Under the pieces are notes generated by a model. That model made no database searches, was not told the origin of the DNA, and saw only the letters and a list, made by a program, of their open reading frames with translations. A stretch of DNA of 64,000 bases from Azolla caroliniana (lineage: Eukaryota > Plantae > Polypodiophyta). This document shows, piece by piece, positions 12,679 through 27,420 of this stretch. Both the position numbers and the translations under genes were made by a program. The stretch is taken from contig JBHGNT010000015.1 in NCBI GenBank assembly GCA_043228905.1, forward strand, positions 9,672,001-9,736,000, written 5' to 3'. Each line of letters begins with the position of its first letter. The stretch's first letter is position 1.

Positions 12679-15600
12679 TGTAAAAGAATACGTGTGCGTA
12701 AACACAGAGATGGAGATGGAGATGGAGATGGAGATGGAGAGACAGAGACAGAGATAGAGAACTAAGTTCTATTTCAAAATAATGACGCTCTGTACATTCT
12801 TCATGCTCAGTGAGCACCTTTTATACAAGCCCTGACTATCGAGCTGACACAAGTACTGACAGTACTTGACTGCTCATAAATGAGCCTACTACACTAACTC
12901 CCAAAATTATTCCTTACGAGGAATACCATACTAACGGCCTTTCGGTTTACACACCAATACGGCCACGTTATGCGTACTATTTTACGCACCCAGTCTACAA
13001 ACTGGGTTACGCACCGTATTACGCAGCCAATGTTGAGCTTGTCACTCAACACTCCCCCTCAATCTCAACTTGAGATTTCTTCTACTCTTCTAGATCTACG
13101 CTCTGGTTCCTTCTGGCTTCACACCTCGCTCGCACTCCTCGACCTGTTTGAATCTGCGCGCCTTGACCCTTCCGGTTGGCTTGTCTGCTCATCCGGCCCT
13201 TCTCAACTCCCTTGTTGTCGCGGTGTCGGTGCGTCCTTCACTGCCCTTTTCTCCGCATGGCCTTTAGTTGATTTGGTGCTTCCGAATCGAACATTCCGAT
13301 TTAATAGAACACTTCTGATTCAATTCCACTCTCATCTGAATTGGCTGTCTCCAATTCCTCTCCTGTCTTTAGGCCTTTGACTACATCAGACCATGTCTTG
13401 GTCTTGGCCTTTACGCCCTTCTTGGCTGTATCTCCCCCTGATTCAGCTATCCTCGGCTCTTCCCTACGGTTATGGCCCTTGCTCTTTTCTTCAGCTTCTT
13501 CAACCGGCCGAAATCAAATTCTTCATCTGATTCCACGTCACGGTTACTTCAGCCGCGATGAACACTTCTGCTCCTTTCACGCTCTTGTTCCTGTTTTTCC
13601 TTTCCCCCCTCAAGTTCGGCGTGTCGAGGTGATGCAACCCAAGCTCACCTGAGAAATGTTGTAACTTGTCGAGACCAAGAGGCTTGGTGAAGATGTCGGC
13701 AACTTGCCGATCCGTCGGAACATAAGCTAGTTCAACTTCACCTGAAAGGACCCGCTCACAGACAAAATGGTAATGCACCTCAATGTGCTTGGTCCGGGCA
13801 TGGAACACAGGGTTTTTCGAAAGGTGGATACTGTTGAGGTTGTCGCAATAGATCGTCGTCGGGTCAGACACCTCTACATGCAGATCCCGTAATAGTCGTT
13901 TCAGCCAAATGACTTCGCACGTAGCGACATTCCCCCCTCGATATTCGGCCTCCGTGCTCGACAGTGCCACTATCAGCTGCTTTTTGCTACTTCACACAAT
14001 CGTTGCACTTCCTAATGAGAAGGCATATCCAAATGTGGATCTACGATCGTGGGCATTTCCGGCCCAATCGGCATCCATGTAGCCAACTAACTGTTCGGCT
14101 ACGCCTGCCTGATACAACATCATATCTTTCGTGCTGCTGACATATCACAATATCCTTTGTGCGCACTTAAAGTGTTCGGCCATAGGTTGCGACATAAATT
14201 GACCGATCAGTCCGACCGGGTAGCTAAGCTCCGGCCTGGTGATTGTCAAATATATCAAGCTTCCGACAATCTGTCGAAACCGTGTCGGGTCGCATGCCTT
14301 TCCCGAATCTCGGTGAAGCTTTGCATTTCTATCCAGAGGGGTTGAGATGGGCTTACAAGTTGCCATCCCGAACTTGAAGAGCATATTCAACGCGTAATGA
14401 CGTTGGCTGATCAATATGCCTTATGGGGTACGGATCACTTCGATCCCGAGGAAGTAATAAAGGTCTCCAAGATCCTTCATGTCAAATGATGCCGCAAGCT
14501 GAGATTTTATGCGGTGGATTTCGTCCAGGTTGGCACCGGTGATGACTAAATCATCAACATAAAGTAGAAGACTTACCGGTCCATATGGACCTTGCCGAAC
14601 AAATAGTGAAGAGTCTGATTTCGACGTCGTAAACCCCATCCTACGCAACTGTTGCGTAATCTTCGCGTTCCAGGATCACGGGGCTTGCTTAAGTCTGTAG
14701 AGTGCCTTCTTCAGTCGGAAAATTGCCGAGGTGTTTTGATCGGATAGAAATCCGGGGGGTTGTACCATGTACACATGTTCCTCAAGATCACCGTGTAGGA
14801 ACGCGTTCTTTACATCCATTTTATGTAAGTGCCACCCCTTTGTCGCAGCCACGGCTAGCAGAACCCGCACGGTAGTCATCTTCAAGATAGGTGTGAAGGT
14901 CTCGTCGTAGTCCACGCCATGCTTCTGCGCGTAGCCTTTCGCCACTAAGCGGGCCTTTTATCGATTGACTGAGCCGTCAGTATTGTATTTCACTTTATAC
15001 ACCCACCTACATCCGATCGGCTTTACACCCTTTCGTGCGTCAATCAGGTCCCAAGTCTCATTATCAGTCAAAGCGCACATCTCTTCCTCCATCGCGGCAC
15101 GCCAATTTGCGTTTTTCGCCGCTTCTACGTAGCTCTCCGGCTCACGCACTTCCGCCACTCGCATCATGTACGCGTAATGGTGTGCCATGTACTCATTATA
15201 CCTGTATCTCGTTATGGGGTTCTTGGGGCATGTAGATCGACGTAATTTGTGATTACCCGATTTCACGACCTTTCCGGCTACTGTCAACCTCTTCCGTGGA
15301 GGTTCCTTTCAGTTTGCCCGTAGTCTGACTCGCTACAATCTGACCCGACACTGCCGAAGTCGTATTCTGGCATTTTCTTCTTGCCCTTCTCTTTACGCAT
15401 AAACTGTCTCCTCGGTTCTTTATGAAGGGACATCACGGCCGAGTCTCCACTACTCGCCGTCTCTTCAATAGGTTGATCATTTCGGCTCAACCCTGCATTC
15501 GGCCCACTTAGCCGAAATGATATCGGACTCTCTCTCAGAGCTCCGATTTCCTCATCATGCAGAGGCATCCCAGCCTCGCTGACTTCTTCCTTAGAATTCG

Positions 15601-18413
15601 AAATGGAGTCATGAGGTATTGGAGGTGAAGGCAGGTACCACCAAGCGGATTCGTCGAACACGACATCTCGACTTACGTGTACTTCCTTTGTTCGGGGGTT
15701 ATACCATTTATACCCCTTTTGCTCGTCTGGATAGCCGACTAAGATGCACTTTTCGGCTTTTTCACCCAACTTCCTCCTTTTTTCCTATGGCACATGCACA
15801 TATGCAATGCTACCGAAAATCCTCAAGTGTGCCAAGTTCGGCTTCTTCCCGAAATACAGCTCATGTGGCGACACTCCTCCATTAGCAGAAGTCTGATTCT
15901 GCAGGTAGACAATCGTCCTCACGGCTTCAGCCCAATAGAATTTCGGCATATGCTTCTCTTCAAGCATTGCCCTGGCCGCTTCTTCGATTTTCTGATTCTT
16001 CCGCTCGACCACGTTGTTCTGCTACGACGTGTATCTACACGAGAATTCGCGTCGAATTCCCTCCTTCTGTAGCTAACTTGTGAACTGGTCGGAGAAGTAC
16101 TCCTTCCCGTCATCGGACCGTAGGCATTTGATCTTACGCCTTGTTTCCCTTTCCGCAAGGCTCTTCACCTTTAGGAAACATGTGAAGACTTCGCTCTTCT
16201 TCGCGATTGTGCATACCCACGTATCCCAAGTGAAGTCGTCAATGAAGGTACAAAGTAACAGCTTCCACCGAGACTCACGTTCTGTGCCGGTCCCCACACA
16301 TCCGAATGGATCAAATCCAGCTGAGTTAGACTACGATTACACTCATTGGGGAATGGAAGCCGGTGTTGTTTTCCCATCGAACAAGCTTTGCAGACTTGGC
16401 CATTACGGCCCCGGAATTTCGGCAAGCCGAAAACAATGTTTTTCGTCTCCATCTCATGAATCCGTTGGAAATTTACGTGGCCGAATCGCTTGTGCCACAG
16501 GTCGATATCCGATTCGACCTATTGTCCTTTCGCATACAATGCGGTTCCGGCTTGATTAGTGTCGAGGATGAACATCCTCCCTTCACGGCACCCTAGCGCG
16601 ATTACTTTGCCTTCCTCTTCTATGAAGCAACCGAGATGCGTGAATCGAACCTACATTCCCTGGTCGACGATATGACCAACCGACACCAGGTTCTTCGTTA
16701 TTGTTGGGACGTGCAACACGTTCATGACTTTCCCTTTCTGCCCAACGTGGCTGAGGGGAACTTCGCCGACATGTTTGATGGTATGCAGAGTGTCGTCTCC
16801 CATTTTGACCACACCTTGCGATTCCAGTTTCTCCAAGTACGAAAACCATTCCTCATGACTCGTCATATGATTTGACGCTCCGGAATCAACATACCACACC
16901 TCGCTTCATTTTGAGGCGTTCATAGCCATAGAATTGGCCTTATGCTTCATTACAAAGGTTGGGCCCGATTTGTTTCCGGCTTGTTTAGAGCCTTCTGCGT
17001 ACTGCGATCTCTTACGCCTCTCTGTGTCTCTTCGGCTTGATCTAGCTTTGTCCGAATCGGCTCTATTTTTCCAGCACTCACTCTCCTTGTGGCCTTTCCT
17101 CCCACAGTACCAGCATTTCGACACGGCCTTCTCTTACCGGCTTCCGACGCCGCCAAGACTCCCCCTGCTTGTGGAGGGTCCGGAACTGTTGTCGGTATTT
17201 CAATTATGCTGCTTGTTCTGCTCTTGTCGGCCGCCTCCATTGCACGTTGATCCACCTCGTGCACCACGACCACGGGGCCTATCTTCCTCCGTGTACAACA
17301 CCTTGACGTCGGCATGCATACTCATCGACGCACCCGCGTGATTTTCGTCCACGAGCAACATTGACTGAACCTCAAAGAATGAAGGTGTATTCTCCCTCGT
17401 ACAAACCACCGTTCGGAAGGCTCCAAACCTGGACGCAAGCCCACCAAGGAAAACCTGCACCATTTCATCTTCCTCAACGTTCACGTTGACGGAGGTGAGA
17501 GAATCGCAGATTTCCTTGATTTGGGTCGTGTAATCAGCCACAGACAGATCTTTCTACCGGACATTGTTGAGCTCCTGCCTGAGCTGCAGCTTCATGGCCA
17601 TCGTGCTTGCGGCGAAAATCTTTTTGAGATTCACCCACGCGTCCTTTGGCGTCTTAGCATCCCGAATATAGCTCAATAGTTGGTTGCTCACACATCATGC
17701 AAAGCAATAGAGAACTCTGCTTGCCGCTTGTTCCCAAGCTGAGAAATCTCTGTGTGTCGAATCGGGTGCTACATCATTAGCTCCTTCAACATAACTCCAA
17801 TAGTCATGACCAAGCAGGTACTAGTGCATCTTGTGCGACCAAGATGCATAGTTGCTCTTGTCGAGCTTTTCAGTCGGTAGCGAGCTTCCCATACCTTTGT
17901 CCATATTGCTGTCTTTTTCTTTTCCAAAAAAAACGAAGAACAACTTCAACATTGTTTTGTCACAAGCTTTTCTTGTCGGCTGCAGAGGACTTCAACCCTT
18001 GCGCTCTGATACCATGTAAAAGAATACTTGTGCGGAAGCGTGTGCGTAAACACAAAGTACATAGTTCAGTAAACTCAGAAAACATAGAGATGGAGATGGA
18101 GATGGAGAGACAGAGACAGAGAACTACATTCTATTTCAAAATAATGACGCTCTGTACATTCTTCATGCTCAGTGAGCACCTTTTATACAAGCCCTAACTA
18201 TCGGGCTGACACAAGTACTAACAGTACTTGACTGCTCATAAATGAGCCTACTACACTAACTCCCAAAATTATTCCTTACAAGGAATACCATACTAACGGC
18301 CTTTCGGTTTACGCACCGAGACGACCACGTTATGCGTACTGTTTTATGCACCCAATCTACGCAATGGGTTACGCACCGTATTACGCACCCAATGTTGAGC
18401 TTGTCACTCAACA
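12679..18413 (-). mobile_element. Full-length, decayed Ty1/Copia family H (H1)
   Basis: LTRs 12679-13051 and 18015-18413; TSD GGGGT on both sides; PBS-Met 18003-18014; PPT 13052-13062; order gag (CWYCGRKGHKESEC)-PR (WYVDSGAS)-IN-RT (YVDD)-RH. Confidence 0.95.
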
Positions 18414-18418
18414 GGGGT

Positions 18419-19070
18419 GCACATTATTGTCTCCGGTCTCGACAAATCCCGGATGTTCCGGTTTTTCCAAGCTCAAGAACCATTCAACATGGTTCGTCAT
18501 GTAATTTGATGCTCTAGAATCAACGTACCAAACCTCCTCCAACTTTGTAGCACGTGCACCCATCTAATTAGTGTTGTGCTTCATCATGAGAGCACGGCCC
18601 ATTTCGGGTCCTCTTGAGCTTTCGGCAAAGTGTGATCAGTGGCGTTTATCTCTGTCTCCCCGGATCAATCTAGCTTGTCCAAATCAACACACTTCTTCCA
18701 ACACTCACTCTCTTTATGGCCCTTTAGAACAAAGTACCATTAGTCCATTGCGAGCTTCCCTTGCCGATGTTTGGTGCCGCCTTGACTCGCCCTGCTCGTG
18801 GAGGGTCCAGAACTACTGTCGGCACTACTTCTGTGCGTTCGGTCTTCCTCCTGTCCGCTACCTCCATTGTGTGCGGACCCGCCTCATCCACCACGGCCAT
18901 GGGGCCGATCAGCCTCCATGTACAACATTTTTTTGCCGGCATGTGTGTTCGTCGACACACCCATGTAGTTTTCTTCAACGAGAAGCATCAACTACAATTC
19001 GAAGGACAACGTATTGTCTCTCGTGCTGACCGTCGTTCAGAATGCCCCAAATCTAGACGCCAGCCCTCCA
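18419..19070 (-). pseudogene. H0 right part (gag/protease)
   Basis: Homologous to 16800-17440. Confidence 0.75.
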
Positions 19071-21030
19071 AGTTCAAGTTTCTAAGTTCGGATGGCGGAA
19101 AAGAATGCTTTTGCAGCCAATTCACGAGCTATTTGCAGACCAAGGGAATCCAAAGGGAGTTCTCTTGCAAAGACATGTCGTAGTAGAACGTGTGGCTAAG
19201 AGACAGAATTGGACAATGGTAATAGTGGCTAAGGCAATGCTGGAGGAGAAGATCATGCCGAAGATCTATTGGGCCGAGGCGATCCGGATGGCCATCTATA
19301 TACAGAATCGAATATCTGCTCCCGGAGGGAAGGTGTCGCCAAATGAGCTATTTTTAAGGTGAAAACCTAATTTGACACACCGAGGGTGTTTGATAGTATT
19401 TAACATATGTGCATATATGAGATGAGAGACGAAGGAAGCTGGATGCCAAGGCCAAGAAGTTTATCTTGGTCAGTTATTTGCACGAGCAGAAGGGGTACAA
19501 GTGTTACAACCCCCGGATGAAGCAAGTGCGGGTGAGCCACAACATCATCTTTGATGAATCAGCATCTTGGTACTCCCTTCCATCTCCAACCCTCGAAGAC
19601 TTCTAGGGAAGAGGTTAGTGAGTCTAATCTCATTCCAGTTTAGTGGGCAAAATGAGAAACTGAATCGGAATGACTGGTCAAATGAGGAGCTGACAAGTAG
19701 TGAAGAATCGGATGTGCAGTCTCAGTGCCAGAAGCCAAGATACGGCTTACATGCAAGGAGAAGAGGAATATGAAGATGTTGAAATACAACATAGAGGATG
19801 GTCCATCGGATCAGGGTGAATCCAATGCGAGCAAGAGGGAAGATGGACCTCATGAGTTGAGCATAGAGTCGACCAAGAGGGCCATGAAATTGGCAAAGCA
19901 GAAGTTGCACCATCAACCCACTAGAAGAACCTCGTAGTTCGGTACGGGTACAACGACTATATGGTGCATCACTATGTGTACAGGGCGAAGGTGGCGGAAG
20001 TGCGTGAGCCGGAGAGCTATCCAAAGGCTGTGAAAGATGCTAATTGGTGTGCTGCTATGGAGGAAGAGATGCACACATTAGCGAAGAACGAGACATAGGA
20101 CCTAGTTGATGCCCCCAAAGGTGTGAAGTCGATCGGGTGTAGGTGGGTATACAAGATCAAGTACAACGCCGACAGCTCTGTCAACCGATACAAGGCTCGA
20201 CTAGTGGTCAAAGGCTATGCACAACAACACAACATTGTCTGCAACGAGACATTCGCGCTGATTGCCAAGATTACAATCGTCCGAGTGCTATTGGCGGTAG
20301 CGACCACGAAGGGATCGCACCTAGACCAAATAGACATGAAGAACACATACCCGCAAGGAGAGGTTGAGGAACAAGTGTACATGGTGCAACCTCCCGGATT
20401 TCTATCCAGATTGAACACATTGGTCATTATCCGATTGAAGAAGTCCCTCTATGGACTAAAGCCAGCCACGCGTGCTTGGAATGCGAAGACCACGCAATGA
20501 CTACATCAGATGGGGTTTGCTACGTTGAAGTCAGACTCTTCACTTTTCATCCAACCGAAATGCCGGAAATGCCGGCGATCGAAGGTCTACATCAGGTTTT
20601 GCATTTTCGCTTCGAAGCGCCGCGATCACCTCGAGCACTAAGAAGTAGTTGACAGTTACATTGTTGAGCACCAAGGCCAAGTATCGCATAGTGGCTGTTG
20701 TGACATGCGAAGCCATATGGCTCAAGAGGTTTCTAAGGGATCTGCATGTGGAGGTGTTCGAGATGATAGTCATATACTTTGACAACCTCAGCAGCATCCA
20801 ACTAGCAAAGAACCCAGTCTTCCACGCCCAGACAAAGCACATCGAGGTGCAATATCATTTTGTTCGTGTTCGTGTTCTCTCTTGTGAACTGGAACTTGTA
20901 TATGTTTTGACAGATCGGCAGGCTACCGATATCTTCACCAAACCTCTTAGCCTAGACAAGTTGTGGCAATTTCGAGTATGCTTGGCTTGCAGCACCTCGA
21001 CATGTTGAACTTGAGGGGAAGAAATTTACA
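19071..21030 (+). pseudogene. Copia family H IN-RT-RNase H remnant with an internal RT deletion near 20555
   Basis: YWAEAIRMAIYIQNR; [25 protein letters not shown]; KNPVFHAQTKHIEVQYHFVR. Confidence 0.85.
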
Positions 21031-21039
21031 GAAGTTCTA

Positions 21040-22080
21040 GACCATGCAATCAAAAGGATTCGTCATTGGACTCCCGAATTTTATAGAAAGAGAGAGCATT
21101 GGTATATGTGAGGCATGTCAATTCGGCAAGCATCCATTCCTGACAGAGAGGAATGTGAGCAAAGAATTCTTGGACATTGTCCACTACGACGTTTGGGGAT
21201 CGGCATAGACATCCACATTCAGCGTATGCCGATATTATGTCACGTTTATTGACGACTTCTCCATGCACACCTAGATCTACCCTATGTGGCAGAAGAGCAA
21301 AGTGTTCGAACACTTCCAAAAATTTAAGAGTGAAGTCGAAAAAGCTACATGTCGGCACATCCAATGCCTTCGATCGGATGGGGGTAAGGAGTACTTCTTG
21401 GCTGAATTCACAACTTATCTCTGAAAGGAAGCAATTCAATGAGAGTTCTCATGCCAACACACACCTCAACAAAATGGAGTGGTTGAACACAAAAATCGGC
21501 ACATATTAGAGGTGGCAAGAGCAATGATGAATGAGAAGAACCTACCAAAGTCGTACTGGGCAGATGTGGCAAACACAACCGTTTACCTTATGAATAGGTG
21601 GACAACATCCAGGGTACACAACATATCACCTCAGGAAAAGCTTTAAGGGAAAAAGCCGGATCTATCCCATGTTAGGATATTCGGTTCAATTGCATATGTA
21701 CATATTCCCGACGAGAAGCGCCAAAAGCTTGATCCGAAGTCAGAGAAATGTATCCTCATAGGATATTCGCTTGAATATAAGGGGTACAAACGCAATAATC
21801 CAACTACCCAAAAAGTTCGAGTGAGTCTTCTTTGACGAGTCAGCATCCTGGTACGAACCAGAGACGACTCCGACTTCAACCCTTGTCAACCCCGCCTCGG
21901 ACGACCAAGTGATAGAAGACAAAGATTGACTCAGGCACATGTTCAAAGAATGTCCAATTACGACCAGACTGAGTGGACCTCAAGAGCCCCCGAACGATCA
22001 AAGCACATCTCAGCCAAGTCCGAAGCTAGATAAAGGTAAGGCCAAAATGTCGGAATACGAAGATTTGGACGAAAGTTGTA
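21040..22080 (+). pseudogene. Copia integrase-region remnant
   Basis: GAG-pre-integrase/IN-like motifs (HYDVWG, DGGKEY, PQQNGVVE, KLDPKSEKC) spread across frames. Confidence 0.75.
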
Positions 22081-22324
22081 TATAGTCCCCCTCTATGTTC
22101 GCCCCTTCGCGGTTATATAGTTGTCTCCTAACTTGGCGCGTTCCAACTACTCCCACCTGATTATCAGCTTCTACCTTTGGTTGTTAGTGTTTGGCTCCTT
22201 TTGGTCTTTTCACATTCATTCCCATAGTCTTTTCCTATTTGTCCTTCGGGAATCGTTCACACTTTGGCCCCTTCTGTCCCACCTAGTTTCGAATCGACCA
22301 AGCATCTGACCATAGTCTGCCGAC

Positions 22325-25300
22325 TCAAGAAGCCATCCCCTTCACAAGATTCTCTCGTAAGGCTTGTAGAAACATGAAAGAATCATCAGCCAAAGCTTGT
22401 GCAACTAGTTGCCCTCCAGCCGGAAGGTGTAGATCCACAATATCACCATTTGTTGCAAGCTTGGATAGCATCACAAACAAGGGATGAGTAACAATAGCAA
22501 ACAACAACATGTTAATAGGGCATCCTTGATGAACGGATCTTGTAATGGCAATATCTGATGTAACTCCCCCATTAAGCATGACTCGAGACACCGCATCTTG
22601 TCCTAATAAAAATTTGAGGCAAGACATACGAGGTCCAAAGCCCATTGTATGCATGAACCCGAAAACAAAGGACCAATTAACATGATCATAAGCTTTCTCC
22701 AAATCTAATTGCACCATAATCAATTCTTGATGAGTGTTTCGAGCATAATCCATGGCCATTTGAACATTCAACATATTATGCAATATATTCCTACCTGCAA
22801 TAAAACCATATTGGGCAGGATGTATCAACTTTGGCAAATACTTTTGTAATCTATTTGCCAAGACCTTTATAAATACCTTATACAACCACCCCATCAAAGC
22901 AATAGATCTCCATTGATGAAACGACTCTGGAGATGCCACCTTTGGAACTAATTTAATTAGACCAACCTTCCAAGCTTGAGGCATACGACTAGAATCCCAA
23001 GAATGTAGAAACATCAAAGTTAAGGGCCCCTTTAAAATGTTTGAATATAGCTTAAAAACTTCATTTGTCAAGTCATCCCAACCAGGGCTCTTACCACTAG
23101 GAAGGTGCCTTAAAACTGTGTCCACCTCATCCTCAATGAAATCTGCATCCAATTCATGACTAATGAGGTCATGCACAATACTTCCAACCACATCATAAAA
23201 CTCATGACGTGCTCTACTCACCTCATTTGTCATGTTAACAATTGTGGACCTATCAACTCCTTAAAGTAATGAACACGTATCTCAATTATTGTCATAGGAT
23301 CCACTATCCACTCATCCCCTTGCTTCACATGTACCACATTAGATCGAGTATAAGTAGGATATAACGCTCGGAAAAACAAATGAGATTGACATTGATTATC
23401 TATGAACCCATCCCTTAATTGTCGCATCTTTGTGTAACGATAGCTTTGGCATTGCAACTAAGAAATAATAACATGCAATTGACTTTGGATATCCAAAAGC
23501 TCTTCATCTAATGGTGCATGTATCAATAATGCATTACACCTAGAGAGAACTTGTGAGAATTGTAGAAGAAGACCTCTTCTTCGTTGAGCATTAGTTACTC
23601 CATATATGTGATGAATGATCTTAATATTTCATAACGTGATATCCCATACTTTAACTCCTTTAAGATTCACTTCTTGTGAAAAATTTACCAAAATTTGCTC
23701 CATGAGAGAATCAAAGTGAGGTTGAAGTTAAAGAGAAGAGTTAAAGTGTAATGGAGGCTTTCCAAGTAAGGATTTATACATGTCAATTGCATGATCACAA
23801 ACCTCCAAACAAATAGGAAAGTGATCTGAAGTTCCTACATCTTGTAAAACTGCCATACGAAGTGATGTCGATAAAAAAGAATCATTGTGCATCGCATACA
23901 TTCTATCTAACCGACTCCATGTTTGTCTATGTTGAGCGGATTGGAAAGTAAAACCTGGATCATTCCCATATAACCATGTCCAAACATCCAACTTCAGAAC
24001 CTCCATAGCCAATGAATCCCAAGCAAGTTGCTCAGGATCATCCATGATTGAATGTTGAAACGTAGATTGAGATGCATCAATACACATGTTAAAATCAGCC
24101 ATAAGTAATCCTGGACGGCCCACGCATAGGGTTTGACGAAGTGGGCCCCATAATGCAATACGTTGAGTGGCTTGGTTAGGGGCATAAATCCCAACCAGCC
24201 ACACAACCTCCCCAAAAAAAGTGATTCTAGAACCAAAAATCGACCATAAGGATCATTATGCACCACATGAGGATAATATTTATCCTGCACGATTAATACC
24301 ACACCTAAATAATGATTATTAAAATGTCCTGCATAGAATGATGAATATCCACGCAAATGAATTATGGATCCTACTAACTCATGACACTTATGCTCAATTG
24401 CACATAATATATCCCATTCTTTACTTAACAAAGTTTGCCATAATATATACTTCTTATGAGGAGAACATGCCCCTCTCACATTCCATGTTACCACTTTCAT
24501 TCAATCAACAATGGTATGGGTGCACTTGCTCCTTTAGAGCAACCGATGTCATGAAACTAGTCAAAGCATGTTCCAATGCTGCATATGGATTTTCATACAC
24601 CACATCCTTAGAGTTGTCTATCGAAATCTTTTGTTTAGGTTCTCCCTCTTGACGAAAACCTTGAGAATTCGATGAATTTACAACCCGTCCCAATTAATCA
24701 AATTGAAGGTGAAGGGGTAATCCCTTATCCCTAAATTGTCTTTGCCAAGGAACTTTTCGAGGACCCTCCCTAGCTCCTAAATTACTTTTCCAAGTAGTCT
24801 CACGAGTAGTGGGCAAACTATTACGTTTCATATTCATTGATTTGCCCCTCGACTTGCCCTTAACCTAATGCCAATCCTTTTCAACAACATCACTACTAGT
24901 TTTATCCAACGGTTTTTTCCCCTTATCTATAACCACCAAATTTGGTTTTTCCATATCCATAGATTGAGTTCCCTTATTCTTAGGACCCAAACCTTGAAGT
25001 GAAACCTCTTTATAACCTGCTCTAGATGATGTTCCTTCATACATAACAACCACCATATCTAACACACCAACATCTCTCGCAACTCCTTCTCATTAGGAAC
25101 CTCTATAGTTGAGGGACAATGACGATTACATTCTGCCATAAAGTGACCCCATTCACCACATCCAAAACAATGACCTGCAAATGTCTCCCACTTCAATTTA
25201 AAACACAGTTTTTTCATTCCAGGTGTGTTCATACGCACCTATCCTGGCCTCTTACGACTTGTATCCCATAACACACAAAATCTGCACTTATTTGTAGCAT

Positions 25301-26100
25301 TTGCATGTGGAGATACCAACACTTTACCGATTTGACTCATCAACTTTGGTAAAAGTGGCCATAAAAAAGCATGCTTACAATCCACTGTTACCCAAACAGG
25401 ACATTCTTGTTTCAACAAAGCATGATAGTCCACAACGGGGGACCATTGCATTACATGCACCAATCGTTTATCAAAAAACAGTAGAACTTTAGCCAACAAT
25501 GCACTTCAATGTTCCGGTGAACGAAACACTACATCATAAAACCCTCGTGGTCCTGCATATATATATTCAACACAATTTGGTGACACGATTGTGTTGAACC
25601 ATTGTTTAATCCAATTAATGTGTGGGAGTTTCCCAGTAAAAACAATATAACCGCACGATCATAGAATACATCAAAAGATTGCAACACTGCCTTAGCATCA
25701 ACTTCGACATCATGCACATCCTCATCATTGCATTCTTTCCCTACATTTCCATTTTCTTCCACAAATCAGACAATAAGGTATTGGCAATTCCCCATAAATT
25801 ATCCCAATTACAATTATCCTTGTCAACCTCATTTACATGTATTACTTTGGCATATGTTGCTTTTTTCTCATTAATTTCCTCAATGCCCTTAAACCTCTTA
25901 GAGCTTCCAATGTCTTCCCTTTCACGATTACATTTAACCATCACATTACTCTTTTTTGGATCAATTGTTTCCATATCGATGTCCCCCACAATTTGAGAGG
26001 AATTCATGTTTATATCCATTATTCTTGATGTGATAGCGATCTGGGATAAAAACAATTTTCCATGAACAAGAAAGACAACCAAAACTCACCCAATTGAAGA
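22325..26100 (-). mobile_element. L1-clade LINE, decayed and 3'-truncated: ORF1 (zinc knuckle) and ORF2 (APE endonuclease, RT)
   Basis: MKVVTWNVRG, SRLDRMY, SDHFPI (endonuclease); KSPGWD, LDLEKAYDHV, QGCP, LADD (RT); CFGCGEWGH near 25150. Confidence 0.9.
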
Positions 26101-26312
26101 GGTTGACGATGATGAATACAATAGAAGACCTGCAATTTGTGTTGAGTATGTGGATGCCAACAACACAAGATTCCTTATTTTAATCTCTACTTCTCACACA
26201 GACCACCAAATTTAACTTGTTATATCTCGTTATGAAGCTCTGATCAAGAGCTTTCTAACGCATGTCTTTATGCTCAATTCCGTTACTTATAGAGATTGCA
26301 GCAATAAAAACA

Positions 26313-26422
<110 letters not shown>

Positions 26423-26729
26423 GCAATGACCAAAACACTAACCCACTTTCACATACAAGTGAAAACCAATACATGTGGTGCGAAGCTTCAAATATCGTGG
26501 TATTAACAACTTGTTGGCAAATAGGTGGAATGCATGCTATGAATCTAGACTTCAAGTGGGTTGGAATAACAATCATATGTTTGAGAATCAATGCAACCGA
26601 AGTGATACTCAATGATGGAAAGTGAGGTAGATGTTTATCAATGCTATTGTGGTCGAAATGTTGCTTTATGGAGTGCAAATGTAGGGTGGCAATATTTTTC
26701 TTAGTGGATGGAGTGAAATAGAGAAAATC

Positions 26730-27420
26730 CAAAAAATGTTCTTATCTAGACAATTGGGGTTAAAATCATCAACATCTTATCCTACCATGCTACTAAAAAC
26801 AAGTGATCGGCCCATAGATGTACTAGCCATAGAAAGAGTATACAAATATGTCATAAAAGTCAAGAATATGCATGATCATAGATTGCCCAAACAAGCTTCG
26901 AACATTGTAGGATTCAATGTACAAAACTAATAAGAGAAAAATCCTCTCATGTGGTTGGATGCTTGACATCGTAAAATAGTTTAAGAGATGGCGAGTAGCA
27001 AATCTATTGGAGCGCTAAAGTGATGCTATGATGTATGTGATCATTGAGGATAGATTACTAGAGGCACTTAAAGTGACATAAAAATGTCCAAATTGGAATA
27101 TTGCATTGCAAATATTAACTCTCAATGTTGGCCCCAAAAGGCAAAATATATGGCAGAATGTATCCAATGGCATCTTATTACCCCCATGTGCCTTGGCTTT
27201 TAGAGAGCATTAACACTTGTTCAAACTTGCTCATACAAGTTAGGTGTTGAGGTCACATCATGACATGATCACGCAAATATGAAGATATACAACATATGCA
27301 ATGAAAACCTAGTGGAGGATGAATATCATTTACTTATCGCATGCTCAACGTATAAGGTAATTCATGAATAATGTTATGACTTGTTAGAAGGGCATGACAA
27401 TGTTTGTGTCATACTGAAAT
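26730..27420 (+). pseudogene. Old RTEX-like LINE ORF2 C-terminal remnant
   Basis: RQLGLKSSTSYPTMLL...PIDVLAIERV..RLPK and ICNENLVEDEYHLLIAC; homologous to 37400-37950/47825-47930. Confidence 0.65.
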
